Shown here: positions 13,982 to 27,500 of the stretch, one piece after another
How positions within the stretch are numbered: position 1 is the stretch's first letter
How the letters are laid out: each line of letters starts with the position of its first letter
Source: the human T2T-CHM13v2.0 reference genome, Homo sapiens
Direction: 5' to 3' (one strand)
Length of the DNA: 64,000 nt
Assembly (NCBI RefSeq): GCF_009914755.1
Contig: NC_060928.1
Program-made: the position numbers and the translations under genes
Notes under the pieces: generated by a model
What the model was told of the DNA's origin: nothing
What the model saw: only the letters and a program-made list of their open reading frames with translations
The model's database searches: none

Positions 13982-14589
13982 AGATTCATATGTATTTTCT
14001 ATATACAAGACATTGTCATAGAATAACAAAAATAATGTATTATTCGGGGTTCTCCAGAATAATGTACATAGAGAAAGACACAGAGAGAAAGAGATTATTC
14101 TAAGGAATTGGCTCACGTGATTATGGACCTTAGAAGTTCAGACCCAGAAGACCCGATGGTATTGATGCAGTTTGAGTCTGAGTGGGACAATGGTATAAGT
14201 TCCAGTCTGAATCCAAGTTTGAAGGCAGAGAAAGACCACTCTCAGCTCGAAGACAGTCAGTCAGAGGAAGGCATTCTTTCTTACTCAGCCTTTAATTCTA
14301 TTCAGGTATTCAACAAACTAGATAAGGCCCACCCACATTGAGGAGGGCAATCTGCTTTACTCAGTTTATCATGCAAATGTTAATCTTATTCAGAAACACC
14401 CTAACAGACACACCTAGAATAATGATTAACCAAATATCTGGGAACCCTCTGGCCTAGTCAAGCTGACACATAAAATGAACCATCACAGATGGTTTTAATT
14501 CTTCCTTGTGAATCTACATAACTTTCACTTCTTTTTTTATTCTATTATTTTGTCTTATTGTACCAGTAGGATATTGAATAACAGTAATG
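13982..14589 (-). mobile_element. Old L1 ORF2 segment around the FADD motif, inverted (S4), interrupted by MLT2
   Basis: Reverse complement reads CATTACTGTTATTCAATAT..GGAAGAATTAAAACCATC[LTR]TTATTT..ATGACAATGTCTTGTATATAGAAAAT..GAATCT. Confidence 0.65.
14036..14487 (-). mobile_element. MLT2B/C-like ERVL solo LTR
   Basis: TGTATTA..GGGTTCTCCAGA..AAGGAATTGGCTCACGTGATTATGG..GAGGGCAATCTGCTTTACTCAG..TGACACATAAAATGAACCATCACA. Confidence 0.88.
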
Positions 14590-15470
14590 TCATCAAAGAT
14601 AATTCTAAATTCAATAATCTAAATTTACACCTTAGGAAAACCAGAGAAAATATTGTATTCTATTCTCTGACTAATCCTAAGGCAAGCAGTAGAAACAAAT
14701 TACAAAAATTAGAGCAGAAATGAAATTCAAAATGGAAACAGTAGATAAAATTAACACCTAAATGTTATTTGAAAAATAAAATTGTAGCCATAGTAACTAA
14801 AGAGAGAGAGAAAGAAGAAGTTACCAATATCAAAATATAAGAGGAATCAATTACTACTCACCCATGGACATCAAAAGGATAATAAACAAATAGTATGAAG
14901 GACTCTGTACTCACAAAATTTATAACTTAGTCAAAATGATTCAGTTCTGTGAATGACATAAACCTCCCAAACTTGCATGAGGAAATTTAAAAATCTGAAT
15001 ATATATATATATATGTGCACTTATGTGTATAATTATTTTAATAATTAATGACCTTCTAAAAAGAAAGAACAAGCATGACTGTTTTATTAGTAAATGCAAT
15101 GAAATAAAAATTCCTGGTACTAATAAGCAAGAATGCAAGGAAACACAGCATACAAGGATAATATACAAATGTTACTGGCTTTCTTGTATACTTTCAAGGA
15201 ACAATAAGAATTTGATTCTAAAGAAAAAAAACCAATTGCAATATTATCAACCAATGGAATACTTAGGCATAAATCTAACAAAATAGCTATTGGCTTTCTA
15301 TGTGCAAAACTATAAATCTCTGAAGAACACCATAAAAAGACCTGAATAAATGGAGAGATATTTCATGTACATAGATAGGAAGCTTCAATATCATTCAGAT
15401 GCCAATTATTGTCATTTTTGTCTGCAGGTTCAGTGCAATCAAAATCAAAATCCCGCAAACTATATTTTAA
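14587..15470 (+). mobile_element. Old L1 ORF2 pieces S2 (14587-~15095) joined directly to S5 (~15096-15470)
   Basis: TTACACCTTAGGAAA..GACATCAAAAGGATAATAAA.. then a jump to AAAATTCCTGGTACTAATAAG..ATACTTAGGCATAAATCTAACAAAA..CCTGAATAAATGGAGAGATA. Confidence 0.75.
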
Positions 15471-15610
15471 TAAACTTTATTTTAAAAGCAGTTGTTATTT
15501 TTTTCTACTGCTTACTTTAGGATTAGTCAGAGAATAGAATACAATACTTTCTCGAATTTTTCTAAGGTGTAAACTTAGATTCTTGAATTTAGAATTATCT
15601 TTGATGACAT
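14587..15610. repeat. Inverted repeat, arms 14587-14705 and 15492-15610 (~119 bp, about 90% identical by eye)
   Basis: ATGTCATCAAAGATAATTCTAAATTCAA..TATTGTATTCTATTCTCTGACTAATCCTAA.. is present on opposite strands. Confidence 0.92.
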
Positions 15611-17720
15611 AGATATTCAGCATGATCACTTTCCCTATAAGCATTTCTTTTGCTGCATCCTACAAATTTGGGTAAGTTGTAACTTCATTTTTTAATTTAG
15701 ATCTAATTATTTTTTAAACATCTTGATACTTCTCCTTTGACCCATATGTGATTTAGAAGTGTGTTCTTTAGTCCCTCAATATTTGGGGATTTTTCCAACT
15801 AACTGTCTGTTACTGATTTATAATAAATTCTGTTATACTCTGAGAACATATTTTCAATTATTTTTATTTTTTAAATGTATGATAAGTTGTGTTTTTTAGT
15901 CCAGAGTATAGTCTGTTGTCATGAGTATTCCATATGAGCTTGAGAAGAATGTGTTTTTTTGCTGTTCCTTGATGTAGTATTCTAAATATGTAAATTACAT
16001 CAAGTTGATTAATACTATTGTACATTCATTTGTATTTTCATTGATTTTCTGCCTGCTTGATATATCAATTACTGAAAGAGGAAGGTTGAAATCTTCAACT
16101 ATAGTAATGGATACATCTATTTCTCTTTTCAGTTCCATCAGTTTTTGCCTTACATGTTTTGACACTGTTGTGTGGTACATACATGTTTAGTATTGTTATG
16201 TCTTCTTAGAAAATTGATCTCTTTATCATTGTGTAATGCCCCCCTCTATCCCTAATAATTTTATTTATTCTGAAGGTGACTTTATCTAAAATTAATATAT
16301 AGTTACTCTTATTTTATTTTCATTAGAGTTAGCATGTCATGTGTTTTTTAATTCCTTTACTTTTAACCTATCTATATATTTATATTTGAGTTTCTAGGAA
16401 CCACCATATAGTTGGGCTTTGGGTTAATATCTAACATTTAAATAACTGCTTTCTATTTGTTCATGTCATTTTTCTTTAAACCTCTTGTTTTCTGCCTTCT
16501 CAGTTTTATTTGAGAACTTATATTCTCAAGTTTTGAGTATTTTATATGATTCATTTTATTACCTGTCTTGGTATATCAGTAAATCTTCTCTAGTATCTTC
16601 ATTTTTTTTTCTCTTTTCTTGACATTAGGCTTCTGTTAATACTGCTCCTCAGAAAAAAATCTGTGTCTTACATTGCTTTTCACTGTAATCTACTATTATT
16701 ATTCTACTGGAGTCTTATGGGTGTCATGGTAAGATGTGTGGAGTAGAAGCTATCTGCCACCTTACAATTAATTTTTTTTAATTTCAACTTTAATTTTTAA
16801 TTCAAGGGGTACATGTGCAGATTTGTTATTTCTTACATTGATATATTGCATGATGCTGAGGCTTGGGGTACAATTGTTCCTGTTACCTAGGTAGTGAGCC
16901 TATTGACCCAGAAATCTCATTATTGGGTATATACCCAAAAGAAAACAAATCATTTCACCAAAAAGACATGCACACTCATGTCATCACAACACTATTCACA
17001 ATAGTAAAGCCATGGAATCAATGTTGGTGATCATCAGTGGTGGAATGGAAAAAGAAAATGTGATACATATACACTATGGAATACCATGCAGCCATAGAAA
17101 AGAATCAAATCATGTCATTTGCAGCAACATGGATGCAGCTGGGGCCCATTATTCTAAGCAAATTAACACAAAAACAGCAAACTAAATAATGCATAATTAA
17201 CCTTAATCTTTTAGTGTGCTTGTGTCTCTGGCCTGTGACCTTCATAAATGTGTCCCCTGTGGTATAGCTTCCTTCCTAACACCTTATCTTAGGTGTGACA
17301 GAAAACCTAGAGTATCTATTAGCGGCAGGAATGCCTTTATCCCAGACCTGTGACGCAACTCTTATAAGGTCTTTTCTACTGGAAACTAAGTCTTGTTGTG
17401 GAGAATATTCTAAGTGTTTTTAGCCATGATTACTCTTCCCCTCCACCTGCTAGAACCAAGAAGGAATCTTTCTCAGAGATTTACTATGAGAACCTGCTGG
17501 AAATTCCAGAGATGAAACACAGAATAAAGTGGGTTCTTCCTGCTAAGACTGCAGACTTATAGGGCTTGCCCAATCTCTGCCTAGTCTTCATTCACTCTCC
17601 AACAATTTTTCTTGATTAATTTTTAAATGTTCCTAGAACTTTGTGACTCAGTGGCTTCTGCTGCAGGTAAGGAGATATAAACTATCTATCTCTCCATCTA
17701 ATCTATCTATTATTTATTTA
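15492..17720 (-). mobile_element. Old L1 (L1MC/MD-like) endonuclease and 5' region (S1)
   Basis: ORF 15995-16180 (RQKLMELKREIDVSITIVEDFNLPLSVIDISSRQKIN) matches the L1 EN motif GDFNTPLS; 5'-type sequence continues past the nested L1PA; right edge approximate. Confidence 0.75.
16772..17194 (-). mobile_element. L1PA15/16-like short insertion with 5' inversion
   Basis: 16772-16901 is an antisense 3' end (TTCAAGGGGTACATGTGCAG..GCATGATGCTGAGG); 16901-17194 is a sense upstream piece (TTGACCCAG..GGGTATATACCCAAAAGAAA..GCAACATGGATGCAGCTGG). Confidence 0.88.
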
Positions 17721-18119
17721 AATTCCTTCTTTTTACTTTTAAAATTTTCAAAAATAATGCCCCACTTAGGAAAGTATTCCATATTTACAGAACTAATCTT
17801 GATGTACAGCTCTTATTGTCTCACAGCCTTGTTTAAAATCTTCAAAGATTCTCATCACCTACAGAACAAAGTCCAACGATTTTCCAACCTTGTTTTTTTT
17901 TCTGTTTCACATCTCTGATTCTCCCACTCAGCTTATTTTTCTGTTCCCAGCATTTTAATTAACTCGCTTTATCATCTCTTTGTTGGTGGGTTAACTCTCA
18001 CTCTTTGATACTGTCTTCAACTCCAAAAACTATCTAACCTTTGATAAGCATCTTCATGCCAAATATTCCAAAAAGCCTCTCCAGATTCCCCAGAAGAAAC
18101 TATGCCTTTTTTTTCAAAA

Positions 18120-18332
18120 TGCCTGTAACATTTTATCTATCACTTTCTGATGTATGGCTCCTTATCTAACAAGCTTATGCTTATTTATCTTATGAATTAT
18201 TTACTTTATTGGAATTTATGCACCTAGAAGGAAGGGATCAGCATCTAATCCATCTTCATATGCTCCAGGGCACCAAGTACAGTAAGTCTGTCACATAGGA
18301 TGTGTAGAATCATTATGTAGTAAATGAATAAA
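18120..18332 (+). mobile_element. L2 3' end fragment
   Basis: CTAGAAGGAAGGGATCA..CATCTTCATATGCTCCAGGGCACC..CACATAG..AAATGAATAAA. Confidence 0.55.
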
Positions 18333-19621
18333 AATATAATAGTTGTTTTTGATTCTTTCTCGAGATTTTTCCCATTCATTTGTATTATACTTTTTATAGT
18401 TAATATATACAATTATATTTGTGAATCTCGGTTAATGTATTAAAAGCATAAAACTGCAAGATTTTAACATTTTCTTCATTTTTTAGTAGTTTTATGATTT
18501 TAAGTTATTTATATATTTTAAAATATTGGAATTAAATATAGCAGATCTAACAGCATATATAATTCCTGATTTCCTACTGAAGTGGCTGTAAAGGCACAAA
18601 ATATGAATACACAAGGAAAAATATAATGATCATTTTGATATATCAAAATAATCTTTTCTTGTTGAAAATTAGATGCACATGTGACAAATAACTTAGATCA
18701 GAGGTACGTGAAATTTAATACCTGCAAAAGTTGGAGATAATGAAAAACAAGCATATTTGACACACAAATTTCTGTAAAGGCTCAGAAATTGGTGGCATAT
18801 ACCCAAAGCTATACTTTATGCGTATCTTTCACGTTTACATAATAAATGCAAAGTTTCTCTTAATCATAATTTCTTCATTTCATTACTTTCTGAAACCACC
18901 AGGTACATAAGCAGTAGTTATTTAAAATTTGTTATTTTTTATACTTTTTAAAAAATTTTAAAAGAACACTGGGTTGGCATTTAATGGACTTCAGTTTGAA
19001 TCATGTCTGTCACTGTCTGTAATTTTTCCTTTTCTCTGCTCAAGTTTCCCTTTTTGAATGATTAACCTATTACTTCACAGAAAAACTGATATTACTATTC
19101 AAACGCATCTTGGTAAAGCATTGAAGAGCTTTTCAAAATTGAAGTATAATTTGACACATTAATTTCTTTCTTCATGACAATTATGTACAATTTGGTCTGA
19201 GCTATCACAATAACTAACATCACTTAGGCTTCACTTTTTATTTATAATATGTTCAGAAGTTATTTATTCTCACATTTGATGTGAATTAAGCTTGGATCAC
19301 TAAGACATGTCTATCCTTTTTAAAAGTAATGAATACCAAACTCTCACTATCAATTTACTTCCTATAAAATATTTTATTTCCATCAATAAATAAAGCAACC
19401 AAGGTGTAATTTGCCAAGGCCTCTTATCTCAGTAATTTCAAATGCCATGTAACATAGGCAGCTATTGTTAGACGTCCTCTCTTTCTCTGACTGACTGACC
19501 TAACCAGCTGACTCTATTCAGTAGCTGCCAGCTTTCTCTTTTCTGTTACTAAAAGTGACTCACTGCTTGCTTAGCTCAGTAATCAAAAACATCCTGAAGG
19601 TATCTCTTCCACTTTCCTTTC

Positions 19622-19751
19622 TGTGTCTGTCTCTGTCTCTCTCTCTCTCTCTTCTCTCTTTCTTTCTCTCTGTCTCTCTCTCTCTCTCACACACACACAC
19701 CCACATTCTCTCTCTCTCACACACACACACACACAACCCTCATTCTCTCTC
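19622..19751. repeat. Compound (CT)n/(CA)n microsatellite
   Basis: Visible directly. Confidence 0.95.
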
Positions 19752-20289
19752 AGAAAATTATTTCTTATATTTATTAATCAATGTAGAGTCAATCTCACCC
19801 TCCCATCTTATCCCTTCTGCATTAAAAATATGCACAAATAATTAGGATATAAAATATCAACTGAAAAGCAATGGATTTACATAGAATAAAAATATTAAAA
19901 TATTCTTAAAAGAGTTTTGATGATTCTATTTTATTGTATGCTAATTATTTAAATGTTGGTTAATTTATAAGTAGATAATCTCAGTTAAGCAAAATACCAT
20001 CAATCAAATCATTATATTCCCAAATCCAATTATTCCCAAACAAGTAATCACTTGCACATTCTAGAATATATTTCTGTGAAATAGAGAGTGTTATACAAAT
20101 CTTTCTAGTTTCTTATGTTTGCATAATGAGTTTCTAGGATTTAAACCCCAAATGTGTTACCATCACTCTCAAATTTCATTCAGTTATATAACACCCCTAT
20201 ATATATCCTGGAACCCATGCATGGTAATTCATTGAAACTCATGGTCAGTTTTGGTGAAACTTCCTACATCTTTAGTCTCGACATTCTCA

Positions 20290-20930
20290 TTAATATTTTT
20301 CACTAATTGAAACTGGCTCTGTACTAAGGATACTGCTTTCCCTAATGTTCTCTTAAGTGGTGGCTGTTTTCTTTATTACATTCTTCCTGCAAAGGCCTAG
20401 ACATGGAGTAGGTGTCCATCTGACTTCTCAAGAACTGTCACAGGGCCTGCTAGTCATTTCTAAGCTCTTTCTCCCTCCCACTTCCCCAAAATTTTATGGC
20501 TTTGGTTCTCCAAACCCTTCTTGTTGTACTCACTAACTTTCTCCCTAATTATAACCTTTTTTAGACTCGTTAGTCTCCCTACTTATTCCCTGAGACTGAC
20601 TTAATGATAATTTCTCCACAACCACTCTCATCAAAATCCTTGGTAATTTCATTATCCACACTGATGACTTTCAGTCCTGGCCTCTCAGCTGCTTGTCCTC
20701 TTCTTCAATGTATGGTTCTCTACATACCTCAGAAACTCACATGATCATATTATGCTTGCTAATTACCAATAAGTGCTATGATCTATGCTTGTTAATTACC
20801 AATAAGTGCTATTTATTTAAGAACTCAATGGAAACATCCTCCTCACCAACCACTACTCCTATCTCTCCAGGTTGTTTCCTTCAATATGCTAATTCTCTAA
20901 ATGCCTAAGACTCACCAGTATCTTCAATTC
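20290..20930 (+). mobile_element. L2 internal (ORF/endonuclease region) fragment
   Basis: GAAACTGGCTC..AAGTGGTGGCTGTTT..GGAGTAGGTGTCC..CCTTGGTAATTTCATTATCCAC..CTGGCCTCTCAG. Confidence 0.55.
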
Positions 20931-20943
20931 ATAATTCTTACTC

Positions 20944-21480
<537 letters not shown>

Positions 21481-21521
21481 TCAGGCCTCAGTAGACAACA
21501 ACCTAAAGTTTAAATATTCTA

Positions 21522-24500
21522 GAGAACATTCCAGATGGGGCAGACCAACATGGCTAAATAGAAGCCTTCACCAGTTTCCTCCCTTCCCCTGCAGGAACAG
21601 CAATTTAACATCTACACAAAGAAAGCACCTTCATAAGAACCAAAAATCAGGTGAGCAATCACATTACCTGGTTTTACTTCATATCACCAAGAAGCACTGA
21701 AGATGGTAAAAAAGACAGTATTGAACTGCTTATACTACTCCTCCCCCATCCTCAAGCAGTGGCCTCCATGGCGTGGAGAATATGTGTTCTCTGGGGAGAC
21801 ACAGTACAGTGATTGTGGAACCCAGTGCTGCTGAACTCATTGCCCTGAACTCAGTACTGCTCTGTCATGGTGAAAATCAGAACTGGGCTAAACTCAGCCA
21901 ATGCCCACACACAAAGGGAGCATTTAAACCACTCCTAGCTAGAGGAGAATTATCCATCCCAGCGGTTGAAACGTGGGTTATGTCAAACCTCGCCACCATG
22001 GCCAAATAAACTAGAAAGGCATTCTAGGCCATAAGGACTGTAATTGCTAGGCAAGTCCTAGGCTCAGAGACAGGGGATGTGGGACACCAGCCAGGACGGC
22101 TAAGGAAGTGTTTGTACTGCCCCTCCCCAACACCAGGCAATATAGCTTGCAGAAAAAAAAAAAAAAAAAAAAAAAAGTCACTCCTTCTTTCTGCTTGAGG
22201 GGAAAAGGGGGAAGAGTAAAGAGGACTTTGTCTTACATCTTGAATATAAGCCCACCCCGTGGTAGGGACATGAGGCCCCCATTCCAGGTACTAGCTCCCA
22301 GATAACACATCAGGGAACACCCTGGGCCAGAAGGGAACCCACTCCCTGAAAGGGAAGGACCTAGTCCTGGAAGAATGAATTACCTGCTGACTAAAGAGCC
22401 CTTGGTCACTGAAGAACCAACAGCAATACCCAGGTACTACACCATGGACCTTGAGTAAGATTTTTGAGAAATGCTGGCTTCAGAGACCAGTTTGGCCACA
22501 GTGGGACAGAGCACCAAGTGGGCCCTTGGGGTCTCAGATGCTAGGCCTTAGCTCTTGGATGGTATTTCTAGGTCTGCCCTGGACCAGAGGGTGGCCCACT
22601 ACCCTGAGGGGTGAATCCCAGGCCTGACAGCATTTACCATAAGCTCGCTGATGAGCCTTTTAGCCTATGGGAGCATCAGCACTAGCCTGGCAGTACTCCC
22701 TGTGTGTCTGCCAAAGTGAGAGGCTCCTCTGTCCATGGAAGGGACAGGGAAGAGTGGGAAGGACTTTGTCTTGCAGTTTCAACACCATCTTACCTTCAAT
22801 AAAATAGCACACCAGGTAGATTTCTAAGGTTTCTGACTTCAGTTCCTGGCTCCCAGATGGCATCTCTGGATCTGCCTGAGGCCTGGGGAAACTCACTGCT
22901 CTGAAGGGAAGGACACAAGCCTAGCTGGCTTCACCACCTGCAGATAGTAGAGCCCTAGGACCTTGAGCAAACATAGGCAGTAGCCAGGTAGCGGTTACCA
23001 TGGGCCTTTGGTGAGACTCAGTGCTGTGCTAGCTTCAATTCTGACCCAGTGCTGTCCCACTGGTTGTGGCCACAGGGTTGCTTGTGCCTCCTCATGCCCA
23101 ACTCCAGGCAGGTCATCACAGAGACCCCATTTGATTGGGAGAAAATAAGGGAAGAGAACAAGTATCTTTGCCTGGTAATCCAGAGAAGATTTTGGATCTT
23201 ACCCAAGACCACCAAGGCAGTACCACAATGAGTATGCAAGAATCACAGCATTACTAGGCTTTTGGTGGACCCTGATGCAGATATGGCTTAGAGCACAACA
23301 CCCAAGTCCTTTCAAGTACGTAAAAAGTCTTCACAAGAACAGGTACGAACAAGCCCAATTTGTGAAGACTAAAATAAACACCTAATTCTTCAATGCCCAG
23401 ACACCAACAAACGTCAACAGCCATCAAGACCATCCAGGAAAATATGACCTTACAAAACGAACTAAATAAGGCACCAAAAACCAATCCTGGAGAAATAGAG
23501 ATATGTGACATTTCTGACAGAGAAATCAAAATAGCTCTTTTGAGGAAATCCAAGCAAATACAAGAGAACACAGAAGAAATTCAGAATTCTATCAGGTACA
23601 TTTAATGAAGAGATCGAAGTAATTAAAAAGAAACAGCAGAAACTCTGGAGTTGAAAAAATGCAATTGCCATACTGAACAATGTATCAGAGTCTCTCAGTA
23701 ACAGAACTGAGCAAGGAGAAGAAAGAATTAATGAGCTTGAAGACAGGCTATTTAAAAATAAGATGTCAGAGAAAACAAAAGAATAAAGAATAAGAATGAA
23801 GCACACCTACAAGATCTAGAAAATAGACAACAAAGGACAAATCTAAGAGTTATTGCCCTTAAAGGGGAGGTAAAGAAAAAGATAGAGGTAGAAAGTTTAT
23901 TGAAAGGAATAATAACGGAGAAAATTCCCAAACCTAGGGAAAGATATCAATGTTCAAGTAAAAGAAGGTTATAGAACACCAAGCGGATTGAACCCAAAGA
24001 TTATCTCAAGGCATTTAATAATGAAACTCCCAAGGGTTAAGGATAAACGATCCCAAAAGCAGCAAGCAAAAAGAAAAAAAAAAAAAGACACACAGTTGGG
24101 CTCCAAAACATCTGGCAGCAGACTTTTCACTGGAAACCCTACAAACCAGGAGAGAGCAGCATGACATACTTAAAGTGCTGAAGCAAGAAAAGAAAAACAA
24201 CATCAACAAACTTTTACCCTAGAATAGAATATCCAGTGAAAATATCTTTCAAATATGAAAGAGAAATAAAAGCTTTCTAAGACAAACAAAAGCTGAGGGA
24301 TTTCATCAACCAGATCTATCCTACAAGAAATGCTAGAGAGTTTTTCAGTCAGAAGGAAAAAAAAATCACAGAATATTATAACACTATAATTATGATGTGT
24401 AAACTAATATTATCTTAAGTAGAAAGACTAAATGATGAACCAATCAAAAATAAGAACTACAACAACTTTCCAAGACAGAGAAGGTACAATAAGATATAAA

Positions 24501-27500
24501 TAGAAACAAGAAAATTTTAAACAGTGGAGGAACAAAGTTAAAAGTGTAGGGTTTTATTAGTTTTCTGTTTGGTTGTTTGTTTATGCAATCAGTGTTAAGT
24601 TGTTTTCAGTTTAAAATAATCATTTATAATATAGTAATTACAAGCCTCATGATAATCTCAAATTAAAAAATTACAACAAATACACAAAAATTAAAAAAAA
24701 AAAAAAAAAACGAATCATACCACCAGAAAAAATCACCTTCACTAAAAGAAAGATAGGAAGGAAGAAACCAAGGAAGAGAGACCACAAAGCAACCAGGAAA
24801 AAAAAAAATCACAAAATGGCAGGAGCAAGTCCTTATTTATCAATAATAACATTGAAATGTTAAATGGACTAAATTGAAATGTTAAATGGACTAAATTATC
24901 CAATTAAAAGATATAGAATGGCTGAATGGATTAAAAAAATTAAAAAAAGACCCAATGATCTGTTGCCTACAAGGAACATGCTTTACCTGTAAAGACACAT
25001 ATAGATTGAAGATAAAGGGGTGAAAAAAGATATTTCATGCCAATGGAAACCAAAAAAAGAGCAGGAGTAGTTATATAAGACAAAATAGATTGTATGACAA
25101 AAACTATAAGAAACAAAGAAGTACATCATATCATGATAAAGTGGTCAATTCAGCAAGAGGATATAACAATTGTAAATATGTAAGCAATCATTACTGGAGC
25201 ACCCAGATACATAAAGCAAATATTATTAGATTAAAGAGAGAGGCCAATACAATAATAGCTGGAGAGTTTAACACCCCACTTTCAGCACTGGACAGATCTC
25301 CCAGATAGAAAATCAACAGAGAAACATCAGACTTAATCTGCATTATATAACCAATGACCTTTATAGGTATATACAGAACATTTCATCCAACAGCTTGGAA
25401 ATACACATTATTCTCTTCAACACATGGATCATTCTCAAGAACAGACCATGTTAGAATAACATGTTAAAATAACATTTTAAAATATTCCAAAAAAATGAAA
25501 TAATATCAAACATCTTCTCTGACCACAATGCAATAAAACTAGAAATCAATAATAAGAGGAGTCTTGGACACTATGCAAACACATGGAAATTAAACAAATA
25601 TGCTCCTTAATGACCATTGTGTCAATTAAAAAGTTAAGAAGGAAATTTGAAAACTTTATTGAAACAAATGATAATTAAAACACAATATGCCAAAATCTAT
25701 GGGATATAGCAAAGGCAGTACTAAGAGGAAAGTTTATAAATATAAGTGCCTACATCAAAAACTAAGAAAAATGTCAAATAAATAATGTAATGATGTATCT
25801 TAAAGAATGCATCATTTATTTAGAAAAGCAAGAGCAAACTAAACTCAAAATTGGTAGAAGAAAAAAATAATAAAGATTAAAGCAGAAAAAATGAATTGAA
25901 ATAAAGAAAAAATGCAAAGGATCAATGAAACAAAAAGTTGTTTTTTTTTTTTGAAAAGATAAAATTGACAAACCTTTAGGCAGACCAATGAATTAAAAAA
26001 AAAGGGACAGAAGACCCAAGTAAATAAAATCAGAGATGAACAGGGAGCCATTACAATTGATACCGCAGAAATTGAAAGGATCATTAGTGGCTACTATGAG
26101 CAAGCAAATTTATGCCAACAAATTGGAAAATCTAGGAGAAATAGATAAATTCCTAGACAATACAACCTACCAAGATTGAACAAGGAAGAAATCCAAATCC
26201 TGAACAGACCAATAACAACTAATAAAATCAAAGTCATAATAAAAAGTCCTCAATAAAATAGATGCCCAGGACCCACTGGCTTCACTGCTGAATTCTGCCA
26301 AAGATTTAAAGAACTAATGTAAATCCTACTCAAACTATTCCAATAAATAGAGGGAAAAGGAATACTTCCAAATTCATTCTACTAGGCCAGTTTTACCCTG
26401 ATACCAAAACCAGACAAAGATACATAAGTAAAAGAAAACTACAAGCCAATATTCCTGATGAATATTAACACAGAAATCCTCAACAAAATATTAGCAAGCC
26501 GAATTCAACAACACATTGAAAAGATCATTAGTCATGACCAAGTGGGATTTACCCCAGTGATACAAAGGTGGCTCAACATACACAAATCAATCAATGTGTT
26601 ATATCAAGAGAATGAAGGACAAAAACCATATGATCATTTCAATTGTTGCCAAAAAAAGCATTTCATAAAATCTGACATCCCTTCATGATAAAAACCTGCA
26701 AAAAATGGTGATAGAAGAAAAATACCTCAACATAATAGAATCCATGTATGACAGACCCACAGCTAGTATCATATTGAATAAAGAAAAACAGAAAGCCTTT
26801 CCTCTAAGATTGGGAACACGGTAAGGATGCCCACTGTCACCAGACAAGAGAGAGATATAAAGGACATCCAGATTGTAAGGGAAAAAGTCAAATTCCTTGT
26901 TTGCTGATGATATAACTTTATATTTGGAAAAACTTAAAGACATCACAAAAAAATAATTAGGACAAATTCGGTAAAGTTGCAGGATACAAAATCAACATAC
27001 AAAAATCAGTGGCATTTCTATATGCCAACAGTGAGCAATGTGAAAAAGAAATTAAAAAGTAACCCCATTTAAAATAGCCACACATAAAATTAAATACCTA
27101 GGAATTAATTTAACAAAAGAAGTGAAAGATTCCTTCTCACAAGAGATCAATAACTAGAATGTATAAGGAATTCAAGCAACTCTATAGATAGAAATCTAAT
27201 AATTTGATCAAAACATGAGAAAAGGTCTGAATAGACATTTGCCAAATGAAGACATACAAATGGCAAACAGGCATATAAAAATATGCTCAATATCATTCAT
27301 CATCACAGAAATGCAAATCAAAACTATAATGAGATATCATCTCACCCCAGTTAAAATGGCTTTTATCCAAAAGATAGGTAATAACAAATGCTGGTGAGGA
27401 TGTAGAGAAAAGGAAACCCCCGTACACTGTTGGTGGGAATGTAAATTACTATAACCACTATGGAGAACAGTTGGGAGGTTCCTCAAAAAACTAAAAATTG

